Assembly: GCA_964651135.1 (NCBI GenBank)
Contig: CAZYYK010000002.1
Span: forward strand, 15,669 to 39,668
Direction: 5' to 3'
DNA: 24,000 nucleotides
DNA from: an uncultured Gammaproteobacteria bacterium
GTDB taxonomy: Bacteria; Cyanobacteriota; Vampirovibrionia; Gastranaerophilales; Gastranaerophilaceae
Under the pieces are notes generated by a model, which made no database searches, was not told the DNA's origin, and was given only the letters and a program-made list of their open reading frames with translations. A program made the translations under genes and the position numbers. Numbering within the stretch: position 1 is the first letter of the stretch; each line of letters begins with the position of its first letter. This document shows positions 16,182-22,178 of the stretch, one piece after another.

Positions 16182-16362
16182 AAGGTAGCAAGGAGTGAAA
16201 TGTTAAAGACCCACTTACACCTACGGGAATATTCGGAACATATTCTAAACACAACTAATCAAGGGATTTCGCACACCGTCCACAAACTTCTTTAAGGTTT
16301 GTGGATGAGAGGACTGCTCCTTGCTTACCTACTCTTGAGGTTCTCGATGAGCCTCTTTTTTT
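16182..16362 (+). ncRNA. candidate structured small RNA (~180 nt), alternatively mRNA of a 31-codon sORF
   Basis: The unit is bounded by the promoter at 16133-16175 and the terminator at 16337-16362. A 13-bp closing stem pairs 16183-16195 (AGGTAGCAAGGAG) with 16317-16330 (CTCCTTGCTTACCT, one bulge). Internal hairpins are GAATAT/ATATTC (about 16227-16245) and CCACAAAC/GTTTGTGG (about 16280-16304). The sORF ATG 16200 to TAA 16295 (MLKTHLHLREYSEHILNTTNQGISHTVHKLL) has its AAGGAG buried in the closing stem. Confidence 0.4.
16337..16362 (+). terminator. rho-independent terminator
   Basis: The stem GAGGTTC (16337-16343) pairs with GAGCCTC (16349-16355), 7 bp including one G-U, with loop TCGAT. Seven T residues follow at 16356-16362. 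Confidence 0.65.
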
Positions 16363-16489
16363 ATACCTTGAATCAATTATATATTTATACATAAGTATGA
16401 ATAATTATATCACTTTATTATAAGTTTTTATTTTCTTATGTGCATCTGTGTGTACATAATAGTTAGTGTAAAAACGTGAAGAGCTTAGA

Positions 16490-16563
16490 TTTCAACGTTT
16501 AGTGATAAAAGCACTTTAGTCGGGTGGGGTGAATAAAATTCATTTCGCTATTTTTCAACGTTT
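16490..16563. repeat. direct 11-bp repeats TTTCAACGTTT (two perfect copies, 63 bp apart)
   Basis: The copies lie at 16490-16500 and 16553-16563, with a degenerate third copy TTTCAATGGTT at 16640-16650. The first copy can pair with AAACGTGAA at 16472-16480. Confidence 0.6.
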
Positions 16564-16656
16564 CTTACTTTTTAGGGCATTTTTAGTTGTAAATAGTGTA
16601 GTTTTTACAAGTAATGACAAAAGCTCACAAATGGCTTGATTTCAATGGTTACAGCC

Positions 16657-16699
16657 ACACCACTATAAAATTGACAAAACCTATTTTACGGTGTATAAT
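16657..16699 (+). promoter_or_regulatory. consensus sigma-A promoter with ACACCACT box
   Basis: The sequence reads ACACCACT (16657-16664), 6 nt, TTGACA (16671-16676), a 17-nt spacer ending in GTG, then TATAAT (16694-16699). Confidence 0.65.
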
Positions 16700-16815
16700 A
16701 AAGACACCCCGAAGGGAAAACACCCACCCGTAGGGTGGGGCTATAAATCTACCGCTGTATTTAATACCTGCTAAAACCATATAGCTATTATTTACTGTAA
16801 TATTTTTTAGCTGAG

Positions 16816-16850
16816 TCTTTTTCTTTTAATCTTTTTCTTTTAATCTTTTT
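16816..16850. repeat. 14-bp polypyrimidine tandem repeat TCTTTTTCTTTTAA, 2.5 copies
   Basis: Copies lie at 16816-16829 and 16830-16843, with a partial copy at 16844-16850. Confidence 0.9.
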
Positions 16851-16957
16851 AGGTTCACCAGAGTATAAGTATAGTTAGCATCGCTATAGTATTAGATTTC
16901 TCTCTTCCCCCAATCACTGACATGATTGGTAAAATATCTCCCAAATATTAGATGATA

Positions 16958-17007
16958 AAGTTATCAACATTTGCACCAACATTTGTGGATAACTTTGTTG
17001 ATAACTT
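16958..17007. promoter_or_regulatory. DnaA-box-like cluster inside a 12-bp inverted repeat
   Basis: TTATCAACA lies at 16961-16969 (+). TGTGGATAA at 16984-16992 is a perfect TTATCCACA on the minus strand. TGTTGATAA at 16996-17004 is TTATCAACA on the minus strand. A 12-bp inverted repeat pairs AAGTTATCAACA (16958-16969) with TGTTGATAACTT (16996-17007). The direct repeat CAACATTTG occurs twice between them. Confidence 0.5.
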
Positions 17008-17045
17008 AGGGGAATGAAGAATAACTACTAACACTACTACTACTA

Positions 17046-17088
17046 ACACCACTGAAAGATTGCTTTTTCTATAGATAGCAGATATACT
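17046..17088 (+). promoter_or_regulatory. sigma-A-type promoter with ACACCACT box, upstream of endonuclease gene
   Basis: The sequence reads ACACCACT (17046-17053), 6 nt, TTGCTT (17060-17065), a 17-nt spacer, then TATACT (17083-17088). Confidence 0.55.
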
Positions 17089-17135
17089 ACCCAAGTAGCT
17101 GAAGATGTGGAGCTAAGCAGCTTAGGAGTGATAAG

Positions 17136-17549
17136 ATGACAAATAAAATAGGATTAATGGGGGGAGCCTTTGTAATCGCTAACTTTATTGATATGGGAAT
17201 ACCAGTGTACACCCCAGTAGATAAGAGTGGTAAGGTAGATTTGTTAGCCTACTTTGATGGAGAGTATCAGAGAATACAAGTAAAGTCCAGTGGTACAGTT
17301 AGTTTGCATGAGACAGATGCCAGTAAAGGTATGTATACTTTTAAGTTAGTAGAGGATAATTTGAATAAGAATGGGTATAGTAAACACATATATACGAAAG
17401 ATGATATAGATTATTTTGCACTGTATCATGTTACCAGACACACTATGTTTCTCATTCCTGTAGAGGAAGCCCTTGCTCAAAATATTACTTTTAGTTTTGG
17501 TATTGGTGGTTATAATGATGAAATAGAGAGTGAGTATCGTTTTAATTGA
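17136..17549 (+). CDS. PD-(D/E)XK endonuclease of the group-I-intron-associated (I-Ssp6803I-like) type, free-standing
   Basis: The 137-aa ORF has the pattern G..G..V.......G..VY.P......VDLLAYFDGEYQRIQVKSS ... IDYFALY......FLIPVEE, matching my recollection of the PDDEXK_5 family (D...QxK core). The RBS GGAG lies 7 nt before the ATG. Confidence 0.55.
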   Translation: MTNKIGLMGGAFVIANFIDMGIPVYTPVDKSGKVDLLAYFDGEYQRIQVKSSGTVSLHETDASKGMYTFKLVEDNLNKNGYSKHIYTKDDIDYFALYHVTRHTMFLIPVEEALAQNITFSFGIGGYNDEIESEYRFN

Positions 17550-17625
17550 TTTCTTAGCAAGAATTCTCCCACTTATAGAAGGTGGGAGATGAATTGCTAA
17601 TATATTATTTCACAAGGAGGAATAA

Positions 17626-18357
17626 ATGAATTTTGAAGAAAGAGATAAAGTAAAAAACTTACTTAATGTAGGTGATAAAGGATATGTTCGCTTAGTAGAT
17701 ACACTAGGTAGCGATTTGACTGCTGCAAATGCAGCCAGAGTGTCTTATGCGAAGGAATCAAAAGAACTTAGTGATAAAGATATTCGTTTGATTCACTTCC
17801 TTGGTAGAGAAAATCATACTTCTCCTTTTCGCCACGCTATTCTTCAATTTGAAGTATACGCTCCTCTTATGGTAGCACGACAATGGTGGAAATACGTCAT
17901 TGGTTCACATCATCAAGAGGGCATTGCTGATAGTTTGAACGCTTGGAATGAGTCGAGTCGCAGATACATTGCTGAAGAAGTTGAATTCTACTTACCTAAA
18001 GAGGGAGAATGGCGTTCCGCTCCAGAGAACTCAAAGCAAGGTAGTGGAGAGCCTTTTGATACGGATAAAGGTAGGACTTTTACAGAATCGTTAGAGCAGT
18101 ATCAAGAATTAGGAAAACGTCTTTATAATTCAGTTGTTGCACAAGGAGTAGCAGTTGAACAAGCAAGACTTTTCCTCCCTGCATATGGACTTTATGTTCG
18201 TTGGTATTGGACTGCATCTCTTCAATCTGTATTTCATTTCGTAGATCAGAGAACTAAGCATGATGCTCAAAGTGAGATTCAAGATTACGCAAGGGTAGTA
18301 GAAACACTCGCAAAAGAACATTTTCCAGAATCTTTTATCGCTTTAGGAAAGAAATAG
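17626..18357 (+). CDS. thyX: flavin-dependent thymidylate synthase (ThyX fold) with atypical signature motif
   Basis: The ORF is colinear with Thermotoga ThyX as I recall it: GYVRLVDTLGSDLTAANAARVS, HTSPFRH, APLMVARQW, NESSRRY, EQARLFLP, DAQSEIQDYA. The RHR of the ThyX motif reads KYV here, and about 8 residues are inserted before NESSRRY. Confidence 0.85.
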   Translation: MNFEERDKVKNLLNVGDKGYVRLVDTLGSDLTAANAARVSYAKESKELSDKDIRLIHFLGRENHTSPFRHAILQFEVYAPLMVARQWWKYVIGSHHQEGIADSLNAWNESSRRYIAEEVEFYLPKEGEWRSAPENSKQGSGEPFDTDKGRTFTESLEQYQELGKRLYNSVVAQGVAVEQARLFLPAYGLYVRWYWTASLQSVFHFVDQRTKHDAQSEIQDYARVVETLAKEHFPESFIALGKK

Positions 18358-18432
18358 CAATTTTTTTAAGTGAGGTGAATTCATGGTGAAATCCAAGCAG
18401 TTCACTTGATTTCTCTCCAATTAACTAAAATA

Positions 18433-18474
18433 ACACCACTTAGAATTGACAAATAGAAAGATATGTGATATAGT
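18433..18474 (+). promoter_or_regulatory. sigma-A-type promoter with ACACCACT box
   Basis: The sequence reads ACACCACT (18433-18440), 5 nt, TTGACA (18446-18451), a 17-nt spacer ending in ATATGTGA, then TATAGT (18469-18474). A 9-bp leader hairpin TATAGCCTT/AAGGCTATA lies at 18495-18522. Confidence 0.6.
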
Positions 18475-18577
18475 ATAGATAGATGGGGAGGGGATATAGC
18501 CTTGACTACCATCAAGGCTATAAGATATTACCGTAAACAGAATGGGCTAAACCAGTGAAAAAAGAGGAGTCGGAAGA

Positions 18578-19396
18578 ATGAAATTAAACACCATTTCTAA
18601 TGAAGATTGTTTAGAAGGCAAGAAGCAAATGCAATTAGATGAAATTGAATTCAAAGAAATAACCAAAGAAGAAACAAAAGAGATTTTATTGAACTACCAT
18701 TATTTGCAAAGAATGCCTCCTTTGTCAGTAGCTTTTGGTGCTTTTCATTCAGGGAGGTTGGTCGGTGTCATGACTTTTGGGAAACCACCCAGCAACTCTC
18801 TTTGTAAAGGGGTGGCTGGTGAAAGTTTTTCAGGTAATGTATATGAATTAAATAGGTTGTATACATTTGAGGACACACCAAAAAATCTTGAGAGTAAATT
18901 TATATCCTACGCATTAAAAAAATTAAAACAACGGAACTGGATAGTAATTTCCTATGCAGATGAGTCTATGGGGCATAGTGGTTATGTTTACCAAGCGACT
19001 AATTGGATTTATACAGGTAAATCAGCTAAGCGAACAGATGTATACGTTGGGGAAAATGGACATTCGAGAACATATTCTAATTTTCAAAAAGACTTTGTTG
19101 TGCGAAAAGTTCGCTCCACCAAACATAGATACTTATACATATGTGGGGATAAAAATTTCAAAAAAGAAGTGTTGGAGAATCTGAAATACCCAATTATAAA
19201 TGAGTATCCTAAAGGTGAAGTTAGACATTATGAAGTTGGCGAAACAACGAATGATATTTTATACCACAAAAAGACTCATGAAATATTTACGGAAGATGAA
19301 TTTATTAAAAATCCGTCAAAATATCTTTCGGAAGATGAGTTAAATTACTATAAGAAATATTATTTGCCAGAATCAGAAGTGTTAACGTTATTCTAA
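18578..19396 (+). CDS. putative Mom-like GNAT-fold DNA-modification protein (adenine methylcarbamoylation family), moderate assignment
   Basis: The 272-aa ORF has the pattern LNYHYLQRMPP..FGAF..GRLVGVMTFGKP....ELNRL......N.ES.FIS.AL..L......IVISYADESMGHSGYVYQATNWIYTGKS. This matches my recollection of Mom-family/GNAT-like phage proteins. It was not verified by search. Confidence 0.45.
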   Translation: MKLNTISNEDCLEGKKQMQLDEIEFKEITKEETKEILLNYHYLQRMPPLSVAFGAFHSGRLVGVMTFGKPPSNSLCKGVAGESFSGNVYELNRLYTFEDTPKNLESKFISYALKKLKQRNWIVISYADESMGHSGYVYQATNWIYTGKSAKRTDVYVGENGHSRTYSNFQKDFVVRKVRSTKHRYLYICGDKNFKKEVLENLKYPIINEYPKGEVRHYEVGETTNDILYHKKTHEIFTEDEFIKNPSKYLSEDELNYYKKYYLPESEVLTLF

Positions 19397-19435
19397 AAAG
19401 AGAGAACAAAATAAAAACCAATGGATTTGGAGGGA

Positions 19436-19468
19436 AAGAAAAAGGAGATGAGAACTAACTCATCTCCT
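19436..19468 (-). terminator. rho-independent terminator at the end of the lysis operon (possibly bidirectional)
   Basis: A perfect 10-bp stem pairs AGGAGATGAG (19443-19452) with CTCATCTCCT (19459-19468) around a 6-nt loop. On the minus strand the stem is followed by TTTTT (19443-19439). Confidence 0.65.
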
Positions 19469-19505
19469 AATTTAATAACTTTACATCTTGAATGTAAAGA
19501 AGAAA

Positions 19506-20117
19506 TTAATCTCTGGATTGCACATGAACGTTTCCAGAACCTCCACCATCCAACATTTCTCGAATGGCTTCTACATCCTCATCATTACTTACATAATCCT
19601 CCTCCACTACATCCACAGGTACATTATGTGCATCCTCCCCAAATTCCTCTTTATACCCTTCATCAGGGAGTTCTTCAGGATATTCACAATCCTTTTGAAT
19701 GGGTACAGCAACAGGAACTACCTCTACATCACCATACTTTTTAGATTCATTGATTTGAGATTCAATCTCTGCTTCAATAAATACCGTAAAGTCTTTGTGC
19801 ATCTTTTCAACAGCTGCCCTACCTTCAGCATCTACTTGCTGTTCAACCAATTTCTTAGTTCGATAGAAAGCTTCACGCATTGCTTCCTCATCAAACTTTC
19901 CTTCCTTCTTCAGTTCATCAACAAATCGTTGATTGGTGAAGTTAATGGAACGGGCAATGGTTTGCAGTACCATTTGTACATTTTCTCGTACATCTTCATT
20001 CTTAATATTCTCCGTTTTCTTTAAGAAGAAATTAAGAGCTACCAGTACCAGAGCTACCAGTGCAGGAGAAAGTACAGCAATGGCAATTCCACCCAAAAAT
20101 CCAACATCCAAATTCAT
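19506..20117 (-). CDS. membrane protein, LL-H-type holin-like, with long acidic C-terminal tail
   Basis: The N-terminal TM segment is FLGGIAIAVLSPALVALVLVALNFFL. The helical region ending in FIEAEIESQI resembles the LL-H holin family. The gene lies directly downstream of the endolysin gene. The C-terminus is rich in D/E. Confidence 0.5.
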   Translation of the reverse strand: MNLDVGFLGGIAIAVLSPALVALVLVALNFFLKKTENIKNEDVRENVQMVLQTIARSINFTNQRFVDELKKEGKFDEEAMREAFYRTKKLVEQQVDAEGRAAVEKMHKDFTVFIEAEIESQINESKKYGDVEVVPVAVPIQKDCEYPEELPDEGYKEEFGEDAHNVPVDVVEEDYVSNDEDVEAIREMLDGGGSGNVHVQSRD

Positions 20118-20143
20118 AACATTACCTCCGTATATTTTATTTT

Positions 20144-21622
20144 CTAACCCTTAGCATTAAAGGGAACAGGAATAAATTCATTTTCCCAATCTTTTATCTT
20201 TCTATTATCCGCAATAAAAGCACTTACTGTTTTCTCATCTTCCTCTTTTCCTACCCCAACTTTAATGAAGATGTAGTAAGGATAGATGTTTTCATTCCCT
20301 ACATAGATGATTCTCTGGAACAGTTCTGTAGGAGTCATCCCATAGTCGAATTGTACAGCACCACTCACTTCTTTAATGATTTGATTCACATACTTTTGAT
20401 GGGATGCCTGAAGAGTGAATACACCAAATCTGGGTTGCATCTTGAGTAACTCTTCTTTTGTGAAGGCTTTATTGAGATAAATTTTCTTATCTTCTTCTTC
20501 CTTCTCTTTCTTTTTCACTTGCTCATCAAACAAATAAAGCTTATTTCTTTCAATGACATCATCTAATTTCTTCTTATAGTTAGGGTCAGTCGCATAGGTA
20601 CCAGTAAGAGCTTCTGTAGCTTCCTTATAATCCTTAGCTACTAACACAGGGGCATATAACTTTTCCCTTGTGGGGGTAGAAGTAAAGAATTTCCCATGGT
20701 CTGTAATGGACTCTTTCCAATCCTTATATTTTCTAAAGGAGGATTTAACTTCCCTCTTAGAGCCGTTAATATATTCAATAGAAACCTTATCATATACAGC
20801 CCCAGTCCACGGAGCAGATGCCTTAATCCCAAATATGTTATTAGCATGAACTGCCAACACACTATTCCCACTATCACTCTCTAAAATAGCTTGAGCTAAG
20901 GAGATAGAAGGTAACACTCCACTCTTGTAGTAATCAGCAATGATATCATCTCGAATCATATTGATAAAAGCGGGGGTAGTAAGAGTCGTTCTTTCTATCG
21001 GTTTAGTTTTTTTTACCCCATAGTGTTCAGCTACTACTCTTGCTACTTCTTTAGCTAAAGCATCTCTTTTATTCACTATGAAATCTCTATCCTGTCGATT
21101 AGTATGATAAGCAAACTCAATTAGCATCCCCATAGGAGCTTCACTTGCCCTTAACACACCAAAATAGTTAGATTGATAGGGGGGAGAAGTAACATTGGTT
21201 TTATATACATTATTATTATTCCATGTCCTAACTCCTCTATTCGGAGTACCTAATGCACTTATCGCTCTGGACAATTTCCATGCTAAATCATATCCAGATT
21301 GTCCTACACTCTTCCAAGGATTGGTATCAGGAAATATCTCAACTCCTCGAACATTAGAAGCCCCAGCATTGGAGTGGAGAGAAAGAAGTAAATCATATCC
21401 TTTCGCCATAGCACCCCTTTGAGCTAAGGTAGGATTCTCATGGATAGTTTTCCTTGTCCTTCCTACAGTAATTCCATAGGCTTTAAGCTCTCTTTCTAAA
21501 GCAATAGCCATATAGTAATTAGACTCCCCTTCATTTCCCGGGCTAAGAAATCCTCTATTATGAGAAGAACCAGAACCATGTCCGGGGTCTAACAATACTT
21601 TTAATTCAGCCATACTATTCAC
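20144..21622 (-). CDS. bifunctional endolysin: N-acetylmuramoyl-L-alanine amidase (Amidase_3) + glucosaminidase domain + C-terminal domain
   Basis: The amidase motifs are KVLLDPGHGSG, LLLSLHSNAG, VEIF and LIEFAYHTN. The glucosaminidase motif is SLAQAILESDSGNS..ANNIFGIKA. The ORF is 492 aa, with RBS AAAGGAGGTG. Confidence 0.85.
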   Translation of the reverse strand: MNSMAELKVLLDPGHGSGSSHNRGFLSPGNEGESNYYMAIALERELKAYGITVGRTRKTIHENPTLAQRGAMAKGYDLLLSLHSNAGASNVRGVEIFPDTNPWKSVGQSGYDLAWKLSRAISALGTPNRGVRTWNNNNVYKTNVTSPPYQSNYFGVLRASEAPMGMLIEFAYHTNRQDRDFIVNKRDALAKEVARVVAEHYGVKKTKPIERTTLTTPAFINMIRDDIIADYYKSGVLPSISLAQAILESDSGNSVLAVHANNIFGIKASAPWTGAVYDKVSIEYINGSKREVKSSFRKYKDWKESITDHGKFFTSTPTREKLYAPVLVAKDYKEATEALTGTYATDPNYKKKLDDVIERNKLYLFDEQVKKKEKEEEDKKIYLNKAFTKEELLKMQPRFGVFTLQASHQKYVNQIIKEVSGAVQFDYGMTPTELFQRIIYVGNENIYPYYIFIKVGVGKEEDEKTVSAFIADNRKIKDWENEFIPVPFNAKG

Positions 21623-21660
21623 CTCCTTTTATAGTAAAATAGATTAATACACTAAAGTAT

Positions 21661-21702
21661 ATCATACCACACTTTAACAATAAATGCAATTTTTGTGGTG
21701 TG
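21661..21702 (-). promoter_or_regulatory. candidate sigma-A-type promoter with CACACCAC box upstream of endolysin gene
   Basis: The minus strand reads CACACCAC (21702..21695), AAAAA, TTGCAT (21689..21684), a 17-nt spacer ending in TGTGG, then TATGAT (21666..21661). Confidence 0.5.
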
Positions 21703-21729
21703 AATTTTTACAGAAGCATTACAGAAGCA

Positions 21730-22134
21730 TTACATAAACAGATTAGGGAAAGCAACCCCTAACAAGTAGGTGACAAAAGCAGCTGTAATTGCCCATATAA
21801 TCTTACTTTCCACGGCTCTTCTTTTCGATAAAGGTTCAGAAAGGTGGTCATCTATTCTCATATCTCTAATTTCCTTCATCTCTTCATTATTTTTTTGAGC
21901 CATTTCTCTAAGGAGAACTGTTAACTCTTTAATTTCAGTTTTAATTTCACGTAGAGCCTGTTCCACTGTCATACCTTGTTGCTTCAGTAATTCCACATCC
22001 GTATCTAATCTCTTAATGGCAACTTCTGAACTTCTTACATCAGCTTTTAATTCATCCAATTCTTCACTTAGGGAAAGAACATCCTTATCTAAAGCACTTA
22101 CTCTTTCTTCTACTCTTGGTAATCTTTCTTGCAC
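21730..22134 (-). CDS. XhlA-like lysis-associated membrane protein (coiled coil + C-terminal TM)
   Basis: The 134-aa ORF has an N-terminal coiled coil (RVEERVSALDKDVLSLSEELDELKADV...) and a single C-terminal TM segment (IIWAITAAFVTYLLGVAF). It lies immediately upstream of the endolysin, as in PBSX-type cassettes. Confidence 0.5.
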   Translation of the reverse strand: MQERLPRVEERVSALDKDVLSLSEELDELKADVRSSEVAIKRLDTDVELLKQQGMTVEQALREIKTEIKELTVLLREMAQKNNEEMKEIRDMRIDDHLSEPLSKRRAVESKIIWAITAAFVTYLLGVAFPNLFM

Positions 22135-22178
22135 TGAGACCCCACCTCCTTTTTGTATATTTTATACTTAACTACCAT

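Noticed and set aside
264-16850. Tandem repeats at 264-314, 14762-14805 and 16816-16850 considered as a possible CRISPR array or CRISPR remnants
   Set aside because: The units are 14-18 bp and directly abutting with no spacers. Two of the three lie in or at the end of coding sequence. No cas genes other than the stand-alone iscB are present.
16700-17625. Possible group I intron carrying the I-Ssp6803I-like endonuclease ORF, inserted in thyX or another plus-strand gene
   Set aside because: thyX (17626..18357) is full-length relative to known ThyX proteins and has its own RBS. There is no plus-strand exon upstream, since the flanking gene is on the other strand. The ORF also has its own promoter, so I treat it as a free-standing endonuclease gene.
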